The notes under the pieces: model-generated
What the model saw: only the letters and a program-made list of their open reading frames with translations
What the model was told of the DNA's origin: nothing
Databases searched by the model: none
In this document: piece after piece, positions 34,063 through 43,384 of the stretch
Layout: every line of letters begins with the position of its first letter
Position numbering within the stretch: position 1 is the first letter of the stretch
DNA from: Elusimicrobia bacterium RIFOXYA2_FULL_39_19
Lineage (GTDB): Bacteria > Elusimicrobiota > Endomicrobiia > CG1-02-37-114 > XYA2-FULL-39-19
Length of the DNA: 64,000 nucleotides
Assembly (NCBI GenBank): GCA_001800285.1
Contig: MGVC01000014.1
Location: 1,756-65,755, forward strand
Direction of reading: 5' to 3'
Program-made: the position numbers and the translations under genes

Positions 34063-34971
34063 TTAGATGTTTGTAAATTTTTTTACTTCCTGAAATCTTT
34101 TCTGTATATCGGCACGGCTGATTTTGCTTAACTTGCTTAAACTGAAACCCTGACAGCAGAAAGAACCCATTACTGTTCCATACGTGACTGCCTGCCTGAT
34201 ATTTTTATCTGATAATGAACCGCTTTTTGCAATATATCCCACAAAACCCCCGGCAAAACTGTCACCGGCACCCGTGGGGTCACAGACACTTTCCAGAGGA
34301 TAGGCAGAGGCTGAAAACATGGTTGATTTGCTGTAATAAAGCGCGCCGTATTCTCCTTTTTTTATTACTACGCCTTTCGGGCCCAGAGCTAATATTTTTT
34401 TTGCGGCTTTTACCAGGTTAAGTTCTCCGGCAAATTCTTTTGCTTCTGATTCGTTTATCAAAAGCACATCTACTTTTTTAAGTACTTTTATAAGTTCGTT
34501 TTTTTTGTTCTGTATCCAGAGGTTCATAGTATCCAGAGCAACAAACTTTGGCCGGCCTTTTTTGCTGACCTGCATTAGCACTTCATATTGCAGGCTGGGG
34601 TCAATATTTGCAAGAAAAACATTTTGTATGCCCAGATATTCTTTTGGAATTTTGGGTGAAAATGTTTCAAAAACGTTCAGGTCAGTGCTCAGGGTACGCC
34701 TGTTATTCATATCCACTTCATAAACACCGGACCATCTGAAAGTTTTTCCTTCCTGTTTTTCAAGGCCGGCAGTATCTATATTATGTTTTTTAAGCAGTTT
34801 TACGTGTTCCTGCGGAAAATCCGTGCCTACTACACCTACAAGTTTTACATCCGTAAAGTGGCTGGCGGCTACAGAAAAATAAGTAGCAGAGCCGCCTAAA
34901 GCATCAGCTGCTTTGCCGAAAGGCGTTTCCACTGTATCAAGCGCTATTGAACCGACTACTAAAATTGACAT
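34063..34971 (-). CDS. PfkB-family carbohydrate/nucleoside kinase (ribokinase/adenosine-kinase-like).
   Basis: The N-terminal MSILVVGSIALDTVETPFG and the C-terminal anion-hole motif DPTGAGDSFAGGFVG are characteristic of the ribokinase/pfkB family. Confidence 0.8.
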   Translation of the reverse strand: MSILVVGSIALDTVETPFGKAADALGGSATYFSVAASHFTDVKLVGVVGTDFPQEHVKLLKKHNIDTAGLEKQEGKTFRWSGVYEVDMNNRRTLSTDLNVFETFSPKIPKEYLGIQNVFLANIDPSLQYEVLMQVSKKGRPKFVALDTMNLWIQNKKNELIKVLKKVDVLLINESEAKEFAGELNLVKAAKKILALGPKGVVIKKGEYGALYYSKSTMFSASAYPLESVCDPTGAGDSFAGGFVGYIAKSGSLSDKNIRQAVTYGTVMGSFCCQGFSLSKLSKISRADIQKRFQEVKKFTNI

Positions 34972-34986
34972 AACTCCTCCGGATAA

Positions 34987-35871
34987 TTATTTTATATACT
35001 TTCCTAAAAGCAAATCGAGATTTTTTAATGTTTTCTTATTAGCTTTGTCTTTGCTGGTAAATACGGCATATTTAAGAGTAGTTGAGCACTTACACTTTCT
35101 TTCTGTTTCAGGAATCCTGGGAATCAATTTTCTCAACATATTTTTAACATTATTTACATTGGCATTTAAATTGCCTATTACCATTTCACTGGTTACTTCT
35201 TCGCCTTCTTTCCATACATCATAATCCGTAATAGCGGCTACTGTGGTATAACACATTTCAGCTTCTCTTGCCAATTTGGCTTCGGGCAGAGCCGTCATGC
35301 CTACAATACTAAAATCCAGTTTTCTATTTACCTGAGATTCGGCTTTTGTAGAAAATTGCGGGCCTTCAATACATACATAGGTTCCGTCATAGTGCACAGT
35401 TGCGCCTACTTCTTTCAGACAGTCTGCTGTAAGTTTTCTTAAGTTATCACAATAGGGATGGGCAAATTCAATATGGGCCACTAAACCGTTTCCAAAAAAT
35501 GTTGATCTTCTCTGGCGGGTTCTGTCAAAAAGCTGGTCCGGAATTACAAATTCTCTTGGTTTTAATTCCTCTTTAAGTGACCCGCAGGCAGAGATACTGA
35601 TTAAGTGTTCCACTCCCAAAGATTTCATAGCATATATATTTGCACGGTAATTAACTTCTGTAGGCATAATCCTGTGGCCTCTGCCGTGCCTGGGCAAAAA
35701 AGCTACTTTTTTTCCTTCGAAAGTTCCTATTACTATAATATCAGACGGGTCACCGAACGGTGTTTTTATTTTTACTTCCTTTATATCCTTTATGCCTTCA
35801 ATATTATAAACACCGCTGCCGCCAATGATACCAATTTTTACGTTTTCTGTTTTATTTTGCTTTTTTGCCAT
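34987..35871 (-). CDS. Purine nucleoside / 5'-methylthioadenosine phosphorylase (PNP/MTAP family).
   Basis: ..IGIIGGSGVY..PFGDPSD..GRHGRGHRIMPTEVNYRANIYAMKSLGVEHLISISACGSL matches the MTAP/PNP trimeric family. Confidence 0.8.
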   Translation of the reverse strand: MAKKQNKTENVKIGIIGGSGVYNIEGIKDIKEVKIKTPFGDPSDIIVIGTFEGKKVAFLPRHGRGHRIMPTEVNYRANIYAMKSLGVEHLISISACGSLKEELKPREFVIPDQLFDRTRQRRSTFFGNGLVAHIEFAHPYCDNLRKLTADCLKEVGATVHYDGTYVCIEGPQFSTKAESQVNRKLDFSIVGMTALPEAKLAREAEMCYTTVAAITDYDVWKEGEEVTSEMVIGNLNANVNNVKNMLRKLIPRIPETERKCKCSTTLKYAVFTSKDKANKKTLKNLDLLLGKYIK

Positions 35872-35988
35872 TTCTTTCTCCCTTTTTTTGTTGATATATT
35901 TATAAGTTTATACGATGATACGCAAAAGTCTAATTTTAAACCAGCTGTTACTTATCATCTTATCCACTTATAAACTTATCAGTTGTTT

Positions 35989-38142
35989 TTATAGAACAGG
36001 CTTCATGTCAAGTATCTGTAATTGTACGTTTTCTTTATTCTGCCAGCGGTTTATTTCAACCTGTACAACCACATCAATAAATTTTGAAAGGTTCAATACC
36101 GTTGATGACATTTCACCCAGGTTCCAGCCGATGGCGTAAATATTATTCCCATTTTCCTGCATTTTTAAACGCAGGTGGTTATACCCTGCCCCTACTTGCG
36201 AATGTTCCTCTACCTTTACATTATTAATAAGAAAAACAGGATAAGGATTTTCTATACCAAACGGTTCTAATTCGTTAAGTTCATTTACAAGTTCAATTTT
36301 TATTTTAGAAAGGTTAAGTTCAGAGTCTATCTCTATTTTTTGTTCCATCATTTCTTTGTTTATTTCATTTTCCGCCATTTCAAGCATGCGTTTTTTAAAC
36401 TCAGGTATTTTATCTGTCATTACCGTAAAACCAACTGCCTGGGAATGACCGCCGAATTTTACCAGCAGGTCAGCGCATTTTTCTATAGCAGAATAAATAT
36501 TAAAACCTTCTATAGACCTGCCTGTGCCTACCGCCTCGGTTCCTTCCGAAATCAGAAGCATGGTAGGCCGGTGATACTGGCGCACTATCTGAGAAGCGAC
36601 TATTCCTGTTACTCCATGTTCCATGCCGGAACCTGTTACAAAAAACAGTTTATCTTTCTCAATACTGCATTGTTTCCTTAAAAGGTCTATGAATATATCA
36701 ATATTTTCAGACTGCAGTTCTTTACGTTCTTCGTTAAGTTTGATTATCTGATCTAAGATTTTTTCCGCTTTCTGGACATCTTCCGCTATTAGAAGTTCTA
36801 CCGCCAGCTCAGCCCTGCCAAGCCTTCCGCAGGCGTTTAAAAGCGGTATAATGTTAAATGAAATTGTTTTTGTATTTAAATCTTCGCTTTTTGAATACTG
36901 TTCTATCAAAAGTTTTAACCCAATACGTTTTGTTTTCTTTAAAGAACCTATACCTTCTTTTACAATTATCCTGTTTTCTGATATCAGGGGCATCATATCA
37001 CTTATGGTGGCTATACAGGCAACATCCATATTGTCCTGCAGGAAATATTTCAATCTGTTGTTTCTTATTCGTTCAAGCCTCTCAAAAACCTTGCAGGTAA
37101 GCAGGGCGTCTTCCAGAGCTTTTTTTGAATGAATCTGTTCCAAACCCAGGTTTCCCGTTACAGAACCCAGGCCGTAGGATTCAAAAGGAAAGTAATCTCT
37201 TGAAAGAACCAGTGTATCAATAACTTCATTTTCAAAATCTTTTCCTAAATACTTTTTTGTAAACTGCCTGATAAAACCGATATTAAACTCTGCGTTATGC
37301 GTAACAACGGTACTTTTTTCTATGAATTCAAGCAGTTTTTTTACGGCATTTTCTGAACTACCTTTTTCTACCTGCAGCTGGAAACTTTCCTGAACAACGA
37401 AGTTTTTAATTTTAAGTGCGCCTATTTCAGTAATGTCGTCAAAAACCGGATGGAGGCCGCTGGTTTCAATATCAAACACCACAATTTCTTTGTCATAATA
37501 TTTGTCATAGGACATCATAAGTCCTTCACAGAATTTCAATGCTACGGAACAACCGGAGAGTTCACAGAAAGGATATTTTGAATCTTTTCTCTTTGGATCC
37601 ACTACGGCTACAGCATCCTGAGGAAGAATTTTAGGAGGTTCGTGATGGTCTGTTACTATAACTTCTGCTCCCAGGGATTTTGCATACGTAATCTCATTTG
37701 AATTTGTTATACCGCAGTCAACAGTAATTATCAGTTTTACGCCCTGCTGGATATATTTATCAATTACGTTTTTGTGCATCCCGTAACCTTCATTAGAAGG
37801 AATATACCACAAAGGCTCATCACCAAGCATTTTCAGCGTGGAATAGACAACTGTCACGGAAGAAACGCCGTCTAAATCTCTGTCACCGTAAATAAGAATC
37901 TTTTCTTTTTTTTCAACAGCCTGGCGTACTCTGGCTACAGCTTTGCTCATGTCTGTCATGAGAAACGGGTTTGCCAGGTCATAAAACGAAACATTCATAA
38001 ACATATTTGCTTCTTTTATGCTTTTTATGCCTCTGTTTACCAGAACTGTTGCTAATGTTACGGAAACATTAAGGCCTTGGGAAATATCATCCACAATCCG
38101 GGAATTATGCTGTTTTAAAATCCATTTTTTAGGAATATTCAT
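35989..38142 (-). CDS. recJ: RecJ-like DHH/DHHA1 single-strand exonuclease with a DnaQ-like DEDDh 3'-5' exonuclease domain inserted into the DHH domain.
   Basis: DHH motifs are present (..ILIYGDRDLDGVSS.., VTDHHEP). RecJ motif IV (ACIATISDMMPLISENRIIVKEG) and the DHHA1 GGH motif (FGGHSQAVGF) are present. Between them lie ExoI (VVFDIETSGL), ExoII (THNAEFNIGF) and ExoIII (H..ALEDALLTCKVF) motifs of the epsilon/DnaQ family. Confidence 0.75.
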   Translation of the reverse strand: MNIPKKWILKQHNSRIVDDISQGLNVSVTLATVLVNRGIKSIKEANMFMNVSFYDLANPFLMTDMSKAVARVRQAVEKKEKILIYGDRDLDGVSSVTVVYSTLKMLGDEPLWYIPSNEGYGMHKNVIDKYIQQGVKLIITVDCGITNSNEITYAKSLGAEVIVTDHHEPPKILPQDAVAVVDPKRKDSKYPFCELSGCSVALKFCEGLMMSYDKYYDKEIVVFDIETSGLHPVFDDITEIGALKIKNFVVQESFQLQVEKGSSENAVKKLLEFIEKSTVVTHNAEFNIGFIRQFTKKYLGKDFENEVIDTLVLSRDYFPFESYGLGSVTGNLGLEQIHSKKALEDALLTCKVFERLERIRNNRLKYFLQDNMDVACIATISDMMPLISENRIIVKEGIGSLKKTKRIGLKLLIEQYSKSEDLNTKTISFNIIPLLNACGRLGRAELAVELLIAEDVQKAEKILDQIIKLNEERKELQSENIDIFIDLLRKQCSIEKDKLFFVTGSGMEHGVTGIVASQIVRQYHRPTMLLISEGTEAVGTGRSIEGFNIYSAIEKCADLLVKFGGHSQAVGFTVMTDKIPEFKKRMLEMAENEINKEMMEQKIEIDSELNLSKIKIELVNELNELEPFGIENPYPVFLINNVKVEEHSQVGAGYNHLRLKMQENGNNIYAIGWNLGEMSSTVLNLSKFIDVVVQVEINRWQNKENVQLQILDMKPVL

Positions 38143-38180
38143 TTTTATAAGTTAAAAGATGTTTTTTGAATTACTTCCGG

Positions 38181-39875
38181 TTACATTATCAAATCTTTAT
38201 GTTTTGTAAGGGTAATATCTAAGGCCAGGTTTAAATATCTGTAATCTTTATTGAGCTCATCCCAGGACAAATATTGAAGCGATATTTTTGCGTTTTCCAT
38301 TATTGCAGTGATATTTGACATAAAATCTTCCGAATGAACATTTGCTTCCGGCGGAGGTCCGATTACCACCGTAATGCTTACTTTATTTGTTTTGCATAGT
38401 TCAGAAAACATATTGTAATTCATTTTTGAATTACCAATATAACTTCTGTCAAATACGCTTTCCAGCCTGAATTTAAGATTATGTTTTTTAATAACGTCCC
38501 TGAATTTTTCTTTAGCTTTAATAAGTTCCTGTTCTTTGCCTTCCGGAAAGAAAAAAACAATATCAATGGCCCTTAGGTTTTTGTCTACTCCGTCTATTTC
38601 AACCGGTTTTTGAACCGCTGTAATAGGAACTTGCGCGGCTTGCGGGGGCTTTACAGGTGCCAGCGTTGGGGCAGGTTGTGGTTTTACAATTGGCTGAACC
38701 GGTACTGAATAAACCTGGGCAGGCGGTTGAGGTGTAATTTGCTGCACTTCCGGCGACGGAGCTTCATCTTCCGGATCGTTCGGCAATAAATCTTTCATCA
38801 ATGATTTTACCATTTCCATATCAACAGTCTGATTTGTTATAGAAGCATAAGCATTGATTCTTTTTAAAAATCCTTCTAATTCCCTTATGTTTGATTTTAA
38901 TTTTGAAGCAACATATAAAAGCATATTATCATCAAGATTTACCTGTTCCGTCTCACCTTTTCTTTTCAAAATAGCTACACGGGTTTCAAGTGACGGTGAC
39001 TTTATGTCCGCTATTAAACCCCATTCAAACCTTGATTTTAGCCTGTCCTCAAGGGTAGTCAGCTGCTTAGGTGGCCTATCACTTGTGAGCACAATTTGCT
39101 TCCCGCTCTGGTGTAAAATATTAAATGTATGAAAAAACTCTTCCTGTGTTGATTCCGATTCGGCAAGAAACTGGATATCATCTACTAAAAGCAGGTCCAT
39201 CTGGCGGTACCTGTCTCTGAATTGTGCAAGAGTACCGCGCCCGATTGAATCTATAACTTCGCTTATGAATTTTTCCGATGTTACATAGAATACTTTCAGG
39301 TCCGGGTATTTTTTGCAAGCAAAATGTCCTATAGCCTGCATAAGGTGTGTTTTGCCCAGGCCTACTCCGCCGTAAATAAAAAGCGGATTGTAAACTTTCC
39401 CAGGATTTTCTGCTACAGCCATGCCGGCGGCATGGGTAAAACGGTTGCTTGAACCGACTACAAATTCTTCAAATGTGTATTTTGCGTTCATTGACAATTT
39501 AAAGAAATCATCATTTCCTGAAACAGCTTTTTGGCGGGCAGGAGTTGTTGTTTCCGGCTGAGGAACCTGAGCCGGCGGTTCCGGAATCGGATTGGGTGCA
39601 GCAGGAAGGGGCACATCCGGGATAACTGCTTTTTGAGGCTGGGTTGATTTGTCTGTTAAAATATTTCTTAAATCATCAAGCTTCTGGTCATTTAAATCAT
39701 AAATATAAATACCGAAATTATATTCATCACTGAAAGAAGCAAAGGGACGGCCGCTGTCGACTTTTAATGCCTGAAGCAGATCATTTAGTTCTTCTTCAAC
39801 AATTCTGATTTTCAGGCGGTACCTATTTTTATCTTTATCGCTGGGTGAATGTGCAAGTTCAAATTTTTCAAGCAT
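38181..39875 (-). CDS. DnaA-like AAA+ ATPase lacking the C-terminal DNA-binding domain IV. It carries instead a Pro-rich linker plus a ~120-aa C-terminal domain of unknown function.
   Basis: Core ..NAKYTFEEFVVGSSNRFTHAAGMAVAENPGKVYNPLFIYGGVGLGKTHL..LLVDDIQFL..SNIRELEGFL shows the DnaA domain III Walker A/B and sensor 2. No HTH/DnaA box-binding region follows sensor 2. The Pro/Gln-rich segment ..PQPPAQVYSVPVQPIVKPQPAPTLAPVKPPQAAQVP.. follows, then a domain homologous to the C-terminus of the 39881..40858 product. Confidence 0.7.
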   Translation of the reverse strand: MLEKFELAHSPSDKDKNRYRLKIRIVEEELNDLLQALKVDSGRPFASFSDEYNFGIYIYDLNDQKLDDLRNILTDKSTQPQKAVIPDVPLPAAPNPIPEPPAQVPQPETTTPARQKAVSGNDDFFKLSMNAKYTFEEFVVGSSNRFTHAAGMAVAENPGKVYNPLFIYGGVGLGKTHLMQAIGHFACKKYPDLKVFYVTSEKFISEVIDSIGRGTLAQFRDRYRQMDLLLVDDIQFLAESESTQEEFFHTFNILHQSGKQIVLTSDRPPKQLTTLEDRLKSRFEWGLIADIKSPSLETRVAILKRKGETEQVNLDDNMLLYVASKLKSNIRELEGFLKRINAYASITNQTVDMEMVKSLMKDLLPNDPEDEAPSPEVQQITPQPPAQVYSVPVQPIVKPQPAPTLAPVKPPQAAQVPITAVQKPVEIDGVDKNLRAIDIVFFFPEGKEQELIKAKEKFRDVIKKHNLKFRLESVFDRSYIGNSKMNYNMFSELCKTNKVSITVVIGPPPEANVHSEDFMSNITAIMENAKISLQYLSWDELNKDYRYLNLALDITLTKHKDLIM

Positions 39876-39880
39876 TTATG

Positions 39881-40858
39881 TTAGCCTTTATGAAGCATCA
39901 GTTCTATTACCAAATCCACATACGTTAATTTTCTATTTATCTGGGTGACGGGTATTGCATAGAAAAATATACCGGTCCCCTGGATTCTGTTTTTAATTTC
40001 CGAAGGGTCATAACCGTCAGGATGAATAACAAAAATATCTTTTACCTGTTTCTCCCGGCACAAGTCTATCATCTGTTTCCAGTCTATAGTTAAAATATCA
40101 ATACCGCATTCAAGAGCACATTCCGGAACTCCGGGCTTCTTGCTGGTTTTCTTAAATACATCTACAAGATTTTTTGCAAAGGTGTCTTTTAAATCGTTTT
40201 GGCCTGCCGGATAAAAACATGCAAAACTTAATGCTTCTTCTTTTGTTTTAGTTTCGACCGGCGGTTGGACCTGAGGAACTGCCGGTACTACGGGCACAGT
40301 GACGGGCGCCGCAGGTTTAGCAACAACGGGTACTTCAGGAACCTGCGTAACATTTACAGAAGGTGTTTGTTCAATGAATAATGGTTTAAACGGTGATGGT
40401 GGGCCTGCCAGTGGTACGGCAGGATGCTGTTTTATTGATTGCTGAAAAGGAGATGGCGCAGGTTGTTGTACGGGTTTTGGCGGGACTGCCTGCTGAGGCG
40501 GCACCGGAGTAACTGGATACTGAGGTACCTGTGGTTTTACCGGTACCTGAGCTGCCGGAGGCTGAAATCTCGGCATTTCGGGCTGAACTTTGACAGCCGG
40601 AGGCTGTTGAGGGACTGATGGTTTAAGTTGGGGTTCAGCAGCAGGTTTAGCCGGCACGTACTGCTGTTGTGCCGCTTTTGGATAAAATTTATCTACGGCT
40701 TCTTTTGCCTGCGAGGAAAATATATCGCTTCCCACCTCGCCAAGTTTTTTTTCTATCTTATTTACTACCTGCTGTTTTTCTTCCTTGGTCAGGTCTGTTA
40801 AAACTTTTTTCAGTTCACCTAGAATGTCCTGAAGGTCCTGCTTGTCTTCACCCGGCAT
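39881..40858 (-). CDS. Coiled-coil / proline-rich protein. Its C-terminal domain is shared with the DnaA-like protein.
   Basis: The N-terminal ~70 aa are predicted coiled coil. The central ~130 aa are P/Q/V-rich. The C-terminus ..FACFYPAGQNDLKDTFAKNLVDVFKK...KDIFVIHPDGYDPSEIKNRIQGTGIFFYAIPVTQINRKLTYVDLVIELML aligns with ..VFFFPEGKEQELIKAKEKFRDVIKK...VSITVVIGPPPEANVHSEDFMSNITAIMENAKISLQYLSWDELNKDYRYLNLALDITL of the DnaA-like protein. Confidence 0.55.
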   Translation of the reverse strand: MPGEDKQDLQDILGELKKVLTDLTKEEKQQVVNKIEKKLGEVGSDIFSSQAKEAVDKFYPKAAQQQYVPAKPAAEPQLKPSVPQQPPAVKVQPEMPRFQPPAAQVPVKPQVPQYPVTPVPPQQAVPPKPVQQPAPSPFQQSIKQHPAVPLAGPPSPFKPLFIEQTPSVNVTQVPEVPVVAKPAAPVTVPVVPAVPQVQPPVETKTKEEALSFACFYPAGQNDLKDTFAKNLVDVFKKTSKKPGVPECALECGIDILTIDWKQMIDLCREKQVKDIFVIHPDGYDPSEIKNRIQGTGIFFYAIPVTQINRKLTYVDLVIELMLHKG

Positions 40859-40876
40859 AATATTTCCCCAAAATAC

Positions 40877-41953
40877 TTACATCATTTCCTGGAACATACC
40901 CTTAAGCTTAAGCTGCAAATCTTCCGGATTTGTAGCTTTATCCAGAGCTTCTTCCAGTCTAATTTTCTTTTCTGTATATAGCTTATTTAAATACTGATCA
41001 AAGGTGTGCATTCCATAATACTCGCCCTGCTCCATTGCTTTATATAATTCCTGTGTTTTATTTTCCAAAATAAGTTTCCTTACTAATGATGTACCTACCA
41101 GTACTTCTGTAGCAGGTATTCTTCCTTTGCCGTCAATAGTTGTACATAACCTCTGGGCAACTACACCTCTGAGTACATTTGAAAGTTGAATTCTTGCCTG
41201 GCGCTGTTGATGCTCCGGATAAGTATCTAAAATCCTGTCTATGGTCTGTACAGCATCAATGGTATGAATAGTCGAAAGCACAAGATGGCCGGTTTCTGCA
41301 GCTGTAATACCTGCAGAGATTGCTTCGTATTCTCTCATTTCGCCCATTACTACTATGTCCGGGTCCTGCCTTAATACATATTTCAAGGCGTTTTTAAATG
41401 ATTTTGTGTCTATTCCTATTTCTCTCTGGGAAATGGATGATTTTTTGTCTTTGTGATAAAACTCAATGGGGTCTTCAACGGTAATTATATTATAGCTGAA
41501 ATTTGCATTTATATGATCCAGTATTGAATTCATTGTCGTGGTTTTTCCCGCACCTGTTACACCGGTAACAAGTATCAAGCCCCTGGGCTGGGCTGCTAAT
41601 TTTTTCAGTGTTTCTCCCGGCAGGTTTAATTCATCAAATGTTTTTATTTTAACCGGCACCACCCTTAATGTAAGTGCCATGGTGTTTCTCTGCCTGTAGA
41701 TATTTATTCTGAAACGGGATACGTTTTCAACAGCGTAAGACACGTCAAGTTCATTTTCCATATTGAACTTTTCTTTTTGCTCTTTCGTCAGCATGGTATC
41801 CGCAAGCTCTTCAATCTGTTTTGAAGTAAAATTTTCAAAATCCGATGACATAAGCTTGCCGTATATTCTTATAAGCGGGGGTGCATCTGCTTTAAAATGG
41901 ATGTCGGAAATACCTGCTTTCACCATTAGCTTTAATAATTCATTAATGTTCAT
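40877..41953 (-). CDS. pilT: Type IV pilus retraction (twitching motility) ATPase PilT.
   Basis: MNINELLKLMVKAGISDIHFKADAPPLIRIYG is a PilT N-terminus. Walker A is GVTGAGKTTT, Walker B is DPDIVVMGEMRE, and His/Asp boxes are present. Start taken at the internal ATG at 41953 (M7 of the track ORF). Confidence 0.85.
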   Translation of the reverse strand: MNINELLKLMVKAGISDIHFKADAPPLIRIYGKLMSSDFENFTSKQIEELADTMLTKEQKEKFNMENELDVSYAVENVSRFRINIYRQRNTMALTLRVVPVKIKTFDELNLPGETLKKLAAQPRGLILVTGVTGAGKTTTMNSILDHINANFSYNIITVEDPIEFYHKDKKSSISQREIGIDTKSFKNALKYVLRQDPDIVVMGEMREYEAISAGITAAETGHLVLSTIHTIDAVQTIDRILDTYPEHQQRQARIQLSNVLRGVVAQRLCTTIDGKGRIPATEVLVGTSLVRKLILENKTQELYKAMEQGEYYGMHTFDQYLNKLYTEKKIRLEEALDKATNPEDLQLKLKGMFQEMM

Positions 41954-41971
41954 TGCCATAATTGCCCCCAA

Positions 41972-43384
41972 TTACCACCAATATTTTACTGTATACGTTA
42001 TATTTGATTCACCATTTTTCGGAATGATTGTTTTAAATTCTATTGTTTTCGAATCCGCCTTTTCAAAATCTGCAGATTTCTGTGTTATTTTCCAGTTTGA
42101 CCATCTGTATAAATGCTCTACAACATTTACGGCAACCTGTTCATCTTTATGATTTCTAATTGTTATTTTAAATGTTTCTTCACACCAGTCATTTCCGGTT
42201 TTAAAATCTGTCTGTGTTTTTTCTGCAGTTATATCAAAAGCATTACCTAAAAATATTCTTATTTTTTCATCTTTTGGGGTATGGTCTATCTCATCTTCTC
42301 CAACAAATTCCAAGCCGCCATCTGTATCCTGTTTATAAACTTTTATTTTACCTTTTGGCAAAGCCATGCCTATGTTATTATCCTTTGAATTCTTAAATTC
42401 CAGCATAACAGATACTTTTTTACTGCTTTCTCCATAAATATCCCTATTGGTCCTGTACCATTGCTGATAGCCATAAAACGGAATTCGCGAACCGTCGTAG
42501 GTAAAAATCTTGTTAACTGCTACTTCATTGCCTTTAACAAATTCAATCTGTTTTGTTTCTTTATCTTTAATAGTTGTTCTGCGCGAAAGCGTGTACATAT
42601 GGTATTCAAAAAAAGATTTTTCCTGAAATTGTGCAGCAGGAGCCTTCATAGCAAACCTTTTTGACTCCATAAGCCCGTCAGCTGCACCGTAATTTGAGGG
42701 AGAGATTCTGTTTACATCCCCAGCAATAAGTTTTAACTTTGCATCGTTATATACCGCTCCGGACCTATTGTTTATAGTAACCCAGCCGGTTAAATCTATT
42801 TTTTTATCTTCTTTATCAGTAACTACCACATAATCTGCATTCCAGTTTATGCCGTTTGTTAAATAATCTATTTCAATGTTATGTTTCCCGGGTTTTTCAT
42901 TTTCCAGAAGCCAGGAAAGAGTGGGCTTTATAATAAGGCCTTCCGGTAACTTTGAAAGTATTGCTTCTCCTTCAGGATTAAGCAGGATTTTATCATCAAC
43001 CTTTAGTATAAGTCCGCCTGAAATGCTTAGCAAAGTGCCTTTTATGATTTCTCTTTTATCATTTATGTGTTTTTCAAATTCTATTTCTCTGCCTAAATAT
43101 TTTTCAAGCAATTTTTCCCTGCTGATAAGGTCGTATTCAAAATTCTGTTCAAGCACCCTGCAACCATCCGGGGCCGTTAAAGATTTGAAACGCACACTTT
43201 CCGGCTCTATCAGGACAGGCACATCAGAAAAATCAAGTTTTTTTATTCCTTTTTCAATTTCAAGTGAACGTTTTTCTTTTACGAGTGCAAAGTTTTGGTT
43301 ATATACCGTAAGCTCTATTTCCTGTGAGAACAAATAACCTGTAACTGAAAAAAATACCAAAATTATGGATATTATTCTTATCAT
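41972..43384 (-). CDS. DUF4139/DUF4140-like secreted protein (mucoidy-inhibitor-like family).
   Basis: Signal peptide is present. The N-terminus ..ELTVYNQNFALVKEKRSLEIEKGIKKLDFSDVPVLIEPESVRF matches the conserved opening of DUF4140/DUF4139 proteins. Length is ~470 aa. Confidence 0.5.
   Translation of the reverse strand: MIRIISIILVFFSVTGYLFSQEIELTVYNQNFALVKEKRSLEIEKGIKKLDFSDVPVLIEPESVRFKSLTAPDGCRVLEQNFEYDLISREKLLEKYLGREIEFEKHINDKREIIKGTLLSISGGLILKVDDKILLNPEGEAILSKLPEGLIIKPTLSWLLENEKPGKHNIEIDYLTNGINWNADYVVVTDKEDKKIDLTGWVTINNRSGAVYNDAKLKLIAGDVNRISPSNYGAADGLMESKRFAMKAPAAQFQEKSFFEYHMYTLSRRTTIKDKETKQIEFVKGNEVAVNKIFTYDGSRIPFYGYQQWYRTNRDIYGESSKKVSVMLEFKNSKDNNIGMALPKGKIKVYKQDTDGGLEFVGEDEIDHTPKDEKIRIFLGNAFDITAEKTQTDFKTGNDWCEETFKITIRNHKDEQVAVNVVEHLYRWSNWKITQKSADFEKADSKTIEFKTIIPKNGESNITYTVKYWW

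Noticed and set aside
38181-39875. Calling this the chromosomal replication initiator DnaA and the flanking DNA oriC.
   Set aside because: The C-terminal DnaA-box-binding HTH (domain IV) is absent and replaced by another domain. There is no dnaN/recF/gyrB neighbourhood, and I saw no DnaA-box cluster nearby. I annotate it as a DnaA-like paralog; a genome-wide check is still needed.
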